From contig OY782781.1 of the NCBI GenBank assembly GCA_963678315.1, positions 576,001 through 640,000 on the forward strand: a stretch of 64,000 nucleotides of DNA, in the 5' to 3' direction. The DNA is from Candidatus Cloacimonadales bacterium (GTDB lineage Bacteria; Cloacimonadota; Cloacimonadia; Cloacimonadales; JAFGVF01). Both the position numbers and the translations under genes were made by a program. A model generated the notes under the pieces. It had not been told where the DNA came from. It saw only the letters and a list, made by a program, of their open reading frames with translations, and searched no databases. This document shows, in pieces, positions 40,770 through 50,159 of the stretch; positions within the stretch are counted from its first letter, which is position 1, and every line of letters begins with the position of its first letter.

Positions 40770-41184
40770 TAAGGTCATCCTTACTTGCCCCCTTGAAAAA
40801 AAGCCGATTTTTCAATGAGGGGCGTAAGGGAGGAGTTAGGATTGAGTTACTGGGAACGCTCAGTTGGAAGCTGGCTAAACACTGGGAACGCTCAGTTGGA
40901 AGCTGGCTAAACACTGGGAACGCTTTGCCTTTAGTCCGGCTACTGCCGGATAGCCGGCTAAACACTGGGAACGCTCGGCTGCTAGCCGGCTAAACACTTA
41001 GAACGCAGTTATAAGTGAATTTGTAGAGACGTTTGGCAAAACGTCTCAATCGCAAGCAAGGACCGTGACAGGCGAAGACTGTTGCTTGCAATCCTAAATA
41101 CAAGCTAGAAGCTTGTGTACCCAGATGGTGATGGCGTGTAAGCGTCCACCGATAGGTTGAACAAAGGTCATGCTTACGCAAATT
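40770..41184 (+). repeat. Mosaic REP-like element, copy E3
   Basis: Same head; CTGGGAACGC at 40850, 40882, 40914 and 40965; GTAGAGACG hairpin at 41023; GCAAGCAA, ACAAGCT and GTAAGC modules. Confidence 0.9.
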
Positions 41185-41229
41185 AAAGTGATAAGATTTA
41201 AAGTTTTAATGAAAAAAAAGTTATTTGTC

Positions 41230-41259
41230 TTGACATTATTTTATCAATAATGATATAAT
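41230..41259 (+). promoter_or_regulatory. Consensus sigma70 promoter
   Basis: TTGACA-N18-TATAAT with TG extension. ATG at 41267 follows within a few nt with no RBS, so the mRNA may be leaderless. Confidence 0.65.
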
Positions 41260-41266
41260 TATTTTT

Positions 41267-41536
41267 ATGAATGGAAAAGAAATAGTAGTTTTTGGTAGAG
41301 TTCAAGGTGTAGGATTCAGAAGATTCGTACACCAACAGGCTAAAATCTGTAATATCAAAGGATATGTTCAGAACAGGCCTGATGGTTCTGTCTATGTAAT
41401 TGCCTATTCAGAAGCTAAAAATTTACAACTATTTCTGTCATTAATTAGTAAAGGAAACTCATTCTCGAGAGTAGAAAGAATACAAGAATCGGATTTAAAC
41501 AGCAGTAATAGTTATGATAGGTTTTCAATCAGATGA
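41267..41536 (+). CDS. acyP: Acylphosphatase
   Basis: GRVQGVGFR, GYVQNRPDGSV. Confidence 0.93.
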   Translation: MNGKEIVVFGRVQGVGFRRFVHQQAKICNIKGYVQNRPDGSVYVIAYSEAKNLQLFLSLISKGNSFSRVERIQESDLNSSNSYDRFSIR

Positions 41537-42462
41537 AGAAATTCCAACACTTTGCATGTCTTATATTGATATTAATTATTACTTCATGCAGTATAAATAA
41601 GGGTAAAAGCCAAGGATTCATCTATACTGTTAAGAAAGGGGATAATTTACATCAGATAGCTAAAAAATACAATACTTCAGTAAAAGATATAAAATACTAC
41701 AATGACAAGTATTACAATGATTTGGCTATTGGTGAGACTCTCTTTATTCCTTCAACAAAGAAAATAGCAGTCAAGGATTCAGCTTCTCAGTCTCCTGCTA
41801 AGACTTATCCTACACAAAAAGATGATTATGGACTCTATTATACAGTTGTAAAGAAAGATAATCTTTTCAGAATTTCTAAGAATTTTGGTTTATCATTAAC
41901 CGAACTCAAAGAGATGAATAACCTTGCTGTTGATAACATTGATGTTGGTCAAAAGCTTTATGTTAAGGTATTTGAGCCTAAGTCAATCCAGAAAGAAAGA
42001 CATAAGAGAACTAGCTCAACTTATGCTCAGAATTCAAAAGGATCTATTGCAAACTTTCCTAAGAAATGGCAAAATGAGTTCATACTACCAGTTGAGGGAA
42101 GAGTTTCTTCTCCATTTGGGCAGAGAAATGGTCGCTTACACAAGGGAGTAGATATCACTGCTCCTCCTGGAACTTCTATTAAAGCGACCTATTCTGGAAC
42201 AATAAGTTATAGTGGTTTCTTATCTGATTATGGAAATGTTATAATAATTGAGCATGGATTAGAGATAGTATCAGTTTATGCTCACAATGAAATAAATCTT
42301 GTCAAAAAAAGTGATAAGGTAAAAAAAGGTGATATAATAGCTAAAGTTGGTTCTACTGGTAGATCTTCAGGACCACATTTGCATTTTGAGTTAAGAATTA
42401 GTAATAAACCAGTTGATCCTGCAAAAATTGTGAGTGAAATTGATAAACTAAAAAGACTTTAA
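41533..42462 (+). CDS. LysM x2 + M23 peptidase lipoprotein (NlpD-like)
   Basis: Lipobox ITSC, two YTV.K.DNL LysM domains, HKGVD and HLHFE. Confidence 0.9.
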   Translation: MKKFQHFACLILILIITSCSINKGKSQGFIYTVKKGDNLHQIAKKYNTSVKDIKYYNDKYYNDLAIGETLFIPSTKKIAVKDSASQSPAKTYPTQKDDYGLYYTVVKKDNLFRISKNFGLSLTELKEMNNLAVDNIDVGQKLYVKVFEPKSIQKERHKRTSSTYAQNSKGSIANFPKKWQNEFILPVEGRVSSPFGQRNGRLHKGVDITAPPGTSIKATYSGTISYSGFLSDYGNVIIIEHGLEIVSVYAHNEINLVKKSDKVKKGDIIAKVGSTGRSSGPHLHFELRISNKPVDPAKIVSEIDKLKRL

Positions 42463-42479
42463 TTATATAAGGAGAATCA

Positions 42480-43343
42480 ATGAGTGAGAATGTGTTTTCA
42501 GATAAAGCATTACAGAGCTACTTGAATCAAATATCAAAGTTTGGTACATTTACTCGAGAAGAAGAAAATGCTTTAGCTGTTAAGGCAAGGGACGGAGATC
42601 AAGATGCTATGAATAAGCTCTTGCAAGCAAACCTTAAGTTTGTTGTAAAAATAGCGTCCAAGTATCAGAATAGAGGACTAACTCTTTCTGAGCTCATTAG
42701 TGAAGGTAATTTAGGGTTAATTAGAGCAATCCAGAAATTTGATCCTGATAAAAATATCAAGCTTATTTCTTATGCCATTTGGTGGATTAAACAAAAGATA
42801 ATGCAAGCTGTTGCTGAGAGATCTTCTCTAATAAAAGTTCCTCTTGGAAAGATTAATACAGCTTATAAGCTTAAATCTACAGAATCAGCTATTTATTCTA
42901 AAACAGGACATCATGCCTCTGTTTCTGAGCTAAGTGACAATACAGATATCAATAAGAAAACTATTAAGAAATTGAAGCATCAAATTATTGATACTTTTTC
43001 TATGGATACTAAAATAAATGGTGATGATTCTGGTTCTGCAATCAGTGATTTGATAGGCAATCCTGAGTCAATGGATCCACAATCTATCTACTACAAAGAG
43101 AAGATTAAAGAGGAAATTGACCAGGCAATAGAATCTCTGACTGCTAGAGAGAAGTTTATTATCAACTCCTACTTTGGGCTTGATAACTCTAAATCAGAGA
43201 ATTTTGCTCAGATTGCTGAAAAGATGGGGCTTTCAAGAGAGAGAGTAAGACAGCTACAGTTAGTAGCTTTAGATAAAATTAGATCAAAAATATCTTCACA
43301 TAAAGAGAAATTTGAAGAGTATTTTAAGAATCACGATATTTAA
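42480..43343 (+). CDS. sigma70-family factor lacking region 1.1 (RpoD/RpoS-like)
   Basis: ANLKFVVKIA, EGNLGLIRA, YAIWWIKQ, SRERVRQL. Confidence 0.92.
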   Translation: MSENVFSDKALQSYLNQISKFGTFTREEENALAVKARDGDQDAMNKLLQANLKFVVKIASKYQNRGLTLSELISEGNLGLIRAIQKFDPDKNIKLISYAIWWIKQKIMQAVAERSSLIKVPLGKINTAYKLKSTESAIYSKTGHHASVSELSDNTDINKKTIKKLKHQIIDTFSMDTKINGDDSGSAISDLIGNPESMDPQSIYYKEKIKEEIDQAIESLTAREKFIINSYFGLDNSKSENFAQIAEKMGLSRERVRQLQLVALDKIRSKISSHKEKFEEYFKNHDI

Positions 43344-43373
43344 TAAAAAATTATATATAATTGTGGAGGATTA

Positions 43374-44276
43374 ATGATTAAGAACTTCAATGAAATGTTA
43401 GATAGTGCTAGAGCTATTGAAGGTAAGAAAGCTATTATTGCTGGAGCTCAAGGAGATTTGCCTATAGAAGCTGCTGTACTAGCAAAAAAAGAAGGTCTTT
43501 GTGATAGTATTTTAGTTGGAGATAAAGCTAAAATACTAGAGATTCTTGAGAAGAATGCACCAGAATATAAAGATTCTTTTGAAATAATTGATACAGGTGC
43601 TGATTTAGTGGCTGCTTGTAGAGAATCAGTTCGTTTAGCAAAAGAAAATATAGGACATGTTATTCTAAAAGGAAAAGCTGACACAGCTATTCTTTTGAGA
43701 GCTGTTCTTGATAAAGAAAATGGTTTAAAACAAAGTAAGGTTATTAGTGATATTTTAGCTTTCGAACATCCTGAAAAGATTTTATTCATGGGTGACGGTG
43801 GAATAAACCTAGCTCCAGATGTATCAGAAAAAGTTGCAATCGTTAATGCTGGTGCACAAGTTGCAAGAGCTTTCGGTGTTGAAGACCCTAAAGTTGCTAT
43901 GTTATGCGCAGTAGAAAAAGTTAATCCAAAAATGCAAGCTACAGTTGATGCTGCAATAATTTCAGCAATGAATAAACGTGGTCAAATCAAAGGCTGTACA
44001 GTTGATGGACCATTAGCATTTGATAACGCAATTAATGAAGAAGCAGCTAAAATTAAAGGGATTAAATCACCTGTTGCAGGTAAAGCAGATGTGCTTATTG
44101 TTCCTAATATCGAGGCTGGTAACATATTCGGTAAAGCTCTTACCTATTATTGCAACTACCGTGTAGCTCACGTTGTGATGGGTACTAAAGTTCCTATCCT
44201 TATCCCTTCAAGAGCTGACAATGGAGAAACTAAAATGCTTTGTATGGCTATGGGACTCTTAGTAGCTAATAAATAG
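43374..44276 (+). CDS. ptb: Phosphate butyryl/acyltransferase
   Basis: AVEKVNPKM, DGPLAFDNA, PNIEAGN, SRAD. Confidence 0.88.
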   Translation: MIKNFNEMLDSARAIEGKKAIIAGAQGDLPIEAAVLAKKEGLCDSILVGDKAKILEILEKNAPEYKDSFEIIDTGADLVAACRESVRLAKENIGHVILKGKADTAILLRAVLDKENGLKQSKVISDILAFEHPEKILFMGDGGINLAPDVSEKVAIVNAGAQVARAFGVEDPKVAMLCAVEKVNPKMQATVDAAIISAMNKRGQIKGCTVDGPLAFDNAINEEAAKIKGIKSPVAGKADVLIVPNIEAGNIFGKALTYYCNYRVAHVVMGTKVPILIPSRADNGETKMLCMAMGLLVANK

Positions 44277-44514
44277 GATTTCATATAAATTAGTACGATT
44301 CAGAATAGATGTTAGAAGAGTCTTGATTATTCAAGGCTCTTTTGTTTTTTTTATTAGTTATTTAAAATATTTTATTGAAGTGTGCCAAAAAAGGAAAAAG
44401 TGTGCCCATATATTATTAGAGGGTAAGACTAAATCCTTTAATAATTCTCTTTTAGAGATTTTTATTGACATAGAATCATACATATAAATAGGGTTTGCAT
44501 GAGGTAGAACTTAA

Positions 44515-46314
44515 ATGAAACAAAGTAATATTAGAAATTTTTGCATTATTGCCCATATAGATCATGGCAAATCAACATTAGCAGATAGACTCTTAGAAGA
44601 GACAAATACTGTTGATAAAAATAAAATTGTCGCTCAAGTATTAGATGACATGGACCTTGAACGTGAGAAAGGTATCACAATCAAGTCTCATGCTATTCGT
44701 ATGACCCATAAAAAAGATGGTGAAACTTTTGTATTTAACTTAATTGATACACCAGGTCATGTTGACTTCACCTATGAAGTTTCACGCTCTTTAGCTTCTT
44801 GTGAAGCAGCTCTTCTTCTAGTTGATGCAGCCCAAGGTATCGAGGCTCAAACAATGAGTAACTTATATTTAGCTCTTGATAATGACCTTGATATTATTCC
44901 TGTAATCAATAAAATTGACCTTCCAAAGGCTGATGTAGAAGGTGCTGAGCATGACTTAATAGAGCTTCTTGGATGTAAAAAAGAAGATATCTTTAAAGTT
45001 AGTGCTAAGAGCGGTATTGGGGTTGCTGAATTACTCGATGGAATTGTTGACCATATCCCAGCTCCTAAGGGTACTGAAGACATAGCTCCTAAAGCTGTTA
45101 TCTTTGATTCTTATTTCGACACTTATCGTGGCGTTGTGGTGCTTGTGAGACTCTTTGAAGGTAAATTCAAAAAAGGTGATTCTATTAAGTTAATGGCTTC
45201 AGGAAAGACCTTTGATATTGAAGAACTAGGCTATTTAGGACTTAAACTTGAACCTCAAAAAGAACTTACAACCGGAGAAGTTGGCTACTTAATCTGTAAT
45301 ATCAAAGACGTGGCAAATGCTCGTGTTGGGGATACTATTACTTCAGCTAAAGACGGTTGCCAAGAAGCTATTACAGGTTATGAAGAACCTAAACCAATGG
45401 TGTATTCTGGTATCTTCCCTATTAATGGCGAAGACTATGCTAACCTTGTTGAAGCTATGGCAAAATTGAAGCTAAATGACTCTTCTCTTATCTATGAAAA
45501 AGAAAGTTCTCTAGCCCTAGGATACGGATTCCGTTGTGGTTTCTTAGGTATGCTTCACTTAGAAATAATCAAAGAACGTCTCTTTAGAGAATACAATATT
45601 CCTATTATTGCAACTACCCCTAGCGTACGCTTCATTGTTCATTTAAAAGATGGTTCAGAGAAGATAGTCTATAACCCAATAGACTTTCCAGATCCAGCCC
45701 ATATCGAATTCATAGAAGAACCCCTTATGGATACAGAGATTATCGTTCCTTCTGAGTTTATTGGTAATATCATGCAGTTGGCTCAAGATAGAAGAGGAGT
45801 ACAACGTGATATGAAATATATCGACGAAAAACGCGTTGCTCTTCACTACGATATGCCATTGATTGAGATTATCTTTGACTTCTATGATAAACTAAAGACC
45901 CTTTCTCGTGGCTATGCTTCTTTTGACTATTCTTTCAAAGAATATCAGACCTCAGACGTAGCTAAAGTAGATATCATGATTAATGGCGAAAAAGTTGATG
46001 CTATGTCATTTATATGCCATTCAGATAAAGCTTTCAACTGGGGTAAAAGTGTTACACGTAAGCTATCTGAAGTTATACCTAAGCACTTATTTAAGATTGC
46101 TTTGCAGGCTTGTATTGGTGGTAAAATCATTGCCCGTTCTACTATTAACGCAATGAGAAAAGACGTTCTTGCTAAATGTTATGGTGGTGATATATCCCGT
46201 AAACGTAAACTTCTTGATAAACAAAAGAAAGGTAAGAAAAAGATGAAAGAAATCGGTTCAGTGAATGTACCACAAGAAGCATTCTTAGAAGTGCTAAAAG
46301 CTGACCGAGAATAA
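44515..46314 (+). CDS. lepA: Elongation factor 4
   Basis: AHIDHGKSTLADR, GFRCGFLG, CYGGDISRKRKLL. Confidence 0.98.
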   Translation: MKQSNIRNFCIIAHIDHGKSTLADRLLEETNTVDKNKIVAQVLDDMDLEREKGITIKSHAIRMTHKKDGETFVFNLIDTPGHVDFTYEVSRSLASCEAALLLVDAAQGIEAQTMSNLYLALDNDLDIIPVINKIDLPKADVEGAEHDLIELLGCKKEDIFKVSAKSGIGVAELLDGIVDHIPAPKGTEDIAPKAVIFDSYFDTYRGVVVLVRLFEGKFKKGDSIKLMASGKTFDIEELGYLGLKLEPQKELTTGEVGYLICNIKDVANARVGDTITSAKDGCQEAITGYEEPKPMVYSGIFPINGEDYANLVEAMAKLKLNDSSLIYEKESSLALGYGFRCGFLGMLHLEIIKERLFREYNIPIIATTPSVRFIVHLKDGSEKIVYNPIDFPDPAHIEFIEEPLMDTEIIVPSEFIGNIMQLAQDRRGVQRDMKYIDEKRVALHYDMPLIEIIFDFYDKLKTLSRGYASFDYSFKEYQTSDVAKVDIMINGEKVDAMSFICHSDKAFNWGKSVTRKLSEVIPKHLFKIALQACIGGKIIARSTINAMRKDVLAKCYGGDISRKRKLLDKQKKGKKKMKEIGSVNVPQEAFLEVLKADRE

Positions 46315-46345
46315 TAGATAATTATTGATTGAGTTAGGATTCTAA

Positions 46346-46915
46346 ATGTTTCCTAACTCTCCTTTATTATTAGAACAAACAATGGTTAGTAAGCTTAAAT
46401 TATTCTCTATCTTTTTCAAGATTGGTGCCTTTACTATAGGTGGTGGCTACGCAATGCTACCCCTTATTGAGCATGAACTTGTAGAGAAAGAACAACTTCT
46501 TGATGATGAGACCTTCCATAATGGATTAGCACTTTCACAGACCTCTCCTGGTCCGATTGCTGTTAATATGGCTATCTTTCTAGGTCAACAGATTGGGGGT
46601 GTTCTTACAGCAATTCTTTGTACAATAGCCGTAATCTTACCTGCTTTCTTGATTATTAGTCTACTTACAGGCTTTTTAGTTAAATATGGTAACACTCCTT
46701 TAATGCTTAAATTCTTTAGTGGTGTAAGACCAGCAGTTGGAGCAATGATAGCCTTCTCATTAATTAACCTAATTAGAAAAGCTAAGCTAAACATTCTAAA
46801 AGCGACTCTCTTAACCACTTCATTTCTATTATTAATCCTGGGCATAACTAACCCGATTGTAATTATATTAAGCTTAATCATCATAGGTATTACTTGGGAG
46901 AGGCTTGCTAAATGA
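46346..46915 (+). CDS. Chromate transporter family, short-chain subunit 1
   Basis: FTIGGGYAM, QTSPGP; start could be 46382. Confidence 0.88.
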   Translation: MFPNSPLLLEQTMVSKLKLFSIFFKIGAFTIGGGYAMLPLIEHELVEKEQLLDDETFHNGLALSQTSPGPIAVNMAIFLGQQIGGVLTAILCTIAVILPAFLIISLLTGFLVKYGNTPLMLKFFSGVRPAVGAMIAFSLINLIRKAKLNILKATLLTTSFLLLILGITNPIVIILSLIIIGITWERLAK

Positions 46916-47430
46916 TATACCTAAAACTATTCTGGATATTCTTTAAAATAGGAATCTTTTCTTTTGGTGGCGGACTTGCCATGCTTCCTTTTATACAGGA
47001 AGAAGTAGTCATCAATAACGCTTGGTTAACTGAGCAAGAATTCATAGATTTAGTAGCAGTAGCCCAATCAACTCCTGGACCCATTGCCGTAAATGGAGCT
47101 ACCTTTATAGGGCAGAAGACCGCTGGCTTTTTGGGTGCTTTATCAGCAACTGCTGGGGTTGTATTACCTGCTATAATCATTATGCTGATTATCGCTTCTT
47201 TCTTCAGTGCCTTCTCCAAGAACAGTTATGTTAAGCGTGTTTTAAGCTTAATCAAACCAGCAACCATTGGCTTCATTGCTTCAGCAGTTTGGTTTATTGG
47301 TTCTAAAACTCTAGTTAACTGGCAGAGCTTAGCTATCTTTTCAGCAGTGCTTGCTTTCTCTTTTTACAAGAAGCCTAATCCTATCCTAGTAACTTTGATT
47401 ACCGGTCTTTGCGGAATACTTTTATTTTAA
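46912..47430 (+). CDS. Chromate transporter family, short-chain subunit 2
   Basis: FSFGGG, QSTPGPIAVN; ATGA overlap with the upstream gene. Confidence 0.88.
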   Translation: MIYLKLFWIFFKIGIFSFGGGLAMLPFIQEEVVINNAWLTEQEFIDLVAVAQSTPGPIAVNGATFIGQKTAGFLGALSATAGVVLPAIIIMLIIASFFSAFSKNSYVKRVLSLIKPATIGFIASAVWFIGSKTLVNWQSLAIFSAVLAFSFYKKPNPILVTLITGLCGILLF

Positions 47431-48192
47431 CCCTAGTCTCTTTTCAAACTCAGCTAATCTGTCATTCTCTCTAAGCTGATACTCTATAGAATCAATCTTC
47501 TTAACATAAACAATTCCTTGCACAGAATTAGTGGTAAAAGCCCCATCAAAGCTTGCTAATTCTTCCACAAGAACATCTCTTTCAATTACTGGGAAAGTCT
47601 CAGCTAAAGCTTGCCTAACCACTCCATTAAGAATATTTCCTTCAGCTTTAGGAGTAATTATCTTATCATCTTTTAAGAAGAATATATTAGAAAAGCATGC
47701 TTCACAAAGCAGATTATCTGAGTTAACTAGAAGCCCTTCTGAGAAGCCTTCAATTACAGCTGTTTTATTTAGTAGAACATTCTCTAAGTAGTTCACAGTC
47801 TTGTACTTTCTAAGCATTGTTTTATTGTAATCATTACTTACAATCTTTAAAGCTTTTGCTTCATGCCTAGCTATAAATTTAGTGCATGTAAGCAAGAGAT
47901 CAGTTCTCCCTCTTTCCCCAAGTGAGATAATAACCTTAATCCTTAAATCGCCAATTCCATTCTCTGCAACTAGTTGTTCTATGAGGTCTAATGTCGGAAT
48001 TTGGCACTTACAAATCCCCAACAATTCGCAACCCTTTTCTAGTCTAGCAAGGTGCTTATCAAATAGCACAGCTTTGCCCTTATTGGTCCTAAAGGAAGTA
48101 AATATACCATAACCGTAGTGATAAGCCTGTGTTTTAGGCTTCATTGAAATCTCTTCTTCAGGTAGAAAGTCACCATTATAATACCATATCAT
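47422..48192 (-). CDS. pabC: Aminotransferase class IV / aminodeoxychorismate lyase
   Basis: YGYGIF, HLARL, YKT (PLP Lys), ILNGVVR; follows pabA-pabB. Confidence 0.75.
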   Translation of the reverse strand: MIWYYNGDFLPEEEISMKPKTQAYHYGYGIFTSFRTNKGKAVLFDKHLARLEKGCELLGICKCQIPTLDLIEQLVAENGIGDLRIKVIISLGERGRTDLLLTCTKFIARHEAKALKIVSNDYNKTMLRKYKTVNYLENVLLNKTAVIEGFSEGLLVNSDNLLCEACFSNIFFLKDDKIITPKAEGNILNGVVRQALAETFPVIERDVLVEELASFDGAFTTNSVQGIVYVKKIDSIEYQLRENDRLAEFEKRLGLK

Positions 48193-49454
48193 AAATCTAA
48201 AAATGTCCTTATTTTGTGTAGTATTTCTTGATATTCAGCCAGAGGATCAGAATCAATTGTTACAGCTCCCCCACTATTTACAAAGAGTTTATTGTCTTTA
48301 ATTATGCCTGTTCTGATTGCAATATTACTTTGTAGAAAGCAATTATTAACAAGAAGAATAGAACCTGTGTAAATGTTTCTTCTGTAGCTTTCAAGTTCTT
48401 CAATGACTTTCATTGATGCTATCTTTGGGCATCCAGTAATAGAACCACCTGGAAAGCAGGCTTTGATTAAATCAGTCATTGAATACTCTATTTTCAACAT
48501 TCCTGTAACTATTCCCACTAAGTGAAAAACATTAGCAAATACTTCTAATCTATTGGGATCAACTACTTCTACACTCCCTAATCGGCACACTTTGGAAAGG
48601 TCATTCCTCATCAAATCAACTATCATGTGAAGCTCTGCAAGGTCTTTTTCAGAAGAGAACAATTCTTGTTTATTCTTCAAATCCTCCTGCAGATTTTTGC
48701 CTCTTGGAGCTGTTCCTTTGATTGGTTTTGTTAGCACTTGTCCATTATTACTCTTCAAGAAGCCTTCAGGAGATATAGAAGTTACAGCCATATCCTCATA
48801 GTTAAGAAAGGCTGAAAAGGGAGCAGGGTTTTTCTTATATAAGCTTGTAAAAAGCCCCCAAGAAGAACCTTCAAAATCACTAGTGAACTGCTGAGTAAGA
48901 TTTACCTCATAGACATTGCCAGATAGAATATAATCCTGTATCTTGGCAACCTTATCCATATATTCCTGCTGAGTGCATTCTTGTTCAATCCTGCCAATAC
49001 TAAATCCCTCTCTTGCCTGGATAGATTGCTGTTCTGCTGTCTCACATTTTAATTCAATCTTCCAGCATTTTTTTCTTAGATTATCCCAATACACATAGTG
49101 CTTATACAAACGAAGCCTTGCTTGTGGGAGATGATAAGATTCATTAGTGCTGCTAGGAAATGATTCAATATGACGTCCCATATCATAGCTTAAATGTCCA
49201 ATCCATCCGCATCTTTTAGCAGGGAATGGCAATCTTGAGAAGTCATGTCCTTCAATTAATTCATGCAGACTATCCCAAACTTCACTATCATTATCAGAAT
49301 TAAATTCAGCGATGAGAGTGTGGCCATATATTGTGAATTCCGATTGTTCTTCATTGCCGGTCAGCAAGCTTGCATCTTGGTAGAAGTTTCTTTCTACATA
49401 GTCGAGAGGATTTACCCAATCAATCTCCTGCAATTCTTTTAATTCTATGACCAT
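48189..49454 (-). CDS. pabB: Aminodeoxychorismate synthase component I
   Basis: SPE, PIKGT, MIVDLMRNDL, FPGGSITGCPK. Confidence 0.85.
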   Translation of the reverse strand: MVIELKELQEIDWVNPLDYVERNFYQDASLLTGNEEQSEFTIYGHTLIAEFNSDNDSEVWDSLHELIEGHDFSRLPFPAKRCGWIGHLSYDMGRHIESFPSSTNESYHLPQARLRLYKHYVYWDNLRKKCWKIELKCETAEQQSIQAREGFSIGRIEQECTQQEYMDKVAKIQDYILSGNVYEVNLTQQFTSDFEGSSWGLFTSLYKKNPAPFSAFLNYEDMAVTSISPEGFLKSNNGQVLTKPIKGTAPRGKNLQEDLKNKQELFSSEKDLAELHMIVDLMRNDLSKVCRLGSVEVVDPNRLEVFANVFHLVGIVTGMLKIEYSMTDLIKACFPGGSITGCPKIASMKVIEELESYRRNIYTGSILLVNNCFLQSNIAIRTGIIKDNKLFVNSGGAVTIDSDPLAEYQEILHKIRTFLDL

Positions 49455-50017
49455 AAGAGCCTCAAGAAGTTCTTAATCATAACATCCCCTTTAGGAGTTA
49501 GGAAAGATTCTGGGTGAAACTGAATACCATAAATAGGAAGTTTAGTATGTTCAATAATCATTGGAATATCATCTTTTGTTGTAGCTGTGACTCTTAGTTG
49601 CTCAGAAGCAATAAGAGTCATTAGAGAATGATATCTTGCTACAAGAATATTTCCTGCAATACCTTCTAGAATGAAGCTAGAATTTATCTGTCTGATAGTA
49701 TCTTGTTTACCATGAACAGGCTTTGGAGCTCTAATAGTTTTACCAGCAAAGAAGTCATTAATGCACTGCATCCCAAGGCATACACCTAGAAGAGGCTTAG
49801 TCTTATAGCAAAGCTCTATTACCTTCATAGTAAGGCCTGAATCAACCGGACTTCCAGGTCCTGGTGATATAACTATAGCCTCATATTTATCTAGTTTATC
49901 TATATCCACAACATCATTTCTTACCACTTCTACAAGCCCAGAGTAGTGCTCTTGAATTAGGTAATAGAGATTATAGGTAAATGAATCAAAATTATCTATT
50001 AGCAGTATCTTTCTCAT
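49445..50017 (-). CDS. pabA: Glutamine amidotransferase component II
   Basis: IDNFDSFT, SPGPG, GVCLG, RYHSL, QFHPES. Confidence 0.88.
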   Translation of the reverse strand: MRKILLIDNFDSFTYNLYYLIQEHYSGLVEVVRNDVVDIDKLDKYEAIVISPGPGSPVDSGLTMKVIELCYKTKPLLGVCLGMQCINDFFAGKTIRAPKPVHGKQDTIRQINSSFILEGIAGNILVARYHSLMTLIASEQLRVTATTKDDIPMIIEHTKLPIYGIQFHPESFLTPKGDVMIKNFLRLLWS

Positions 50018-50159
50018 ATTTACATAGAAGCAAAAGAGCTTTCTTTATGTCAAATTAAATGTTTTTCCATGCTTAGACAATGCAAAAGACCCTGAATATT
50101 TGGGGGATATTCAAGGTCTAATACTTGAGAGTATTTATGAATTATTCTATTATTAGTTA

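Noticed and set aside
40756..41181. Short ORFs 40756..40965, 40793..40993 and 40990..41181
   Set aside because: They lie within mosaic repeat E3. Their peptide repeats mirror the DNA modules and the frames are not preserved in other copies.
46331..46359. GAGTTAGGA..TCCTAACTC hairpin after lepA as a fifth mosaic element
   Set aside because: Only 9 bp resemble the heptamer tract, with no head or modules. More likely a simple terminator-like or RBS-occluding hairpin.
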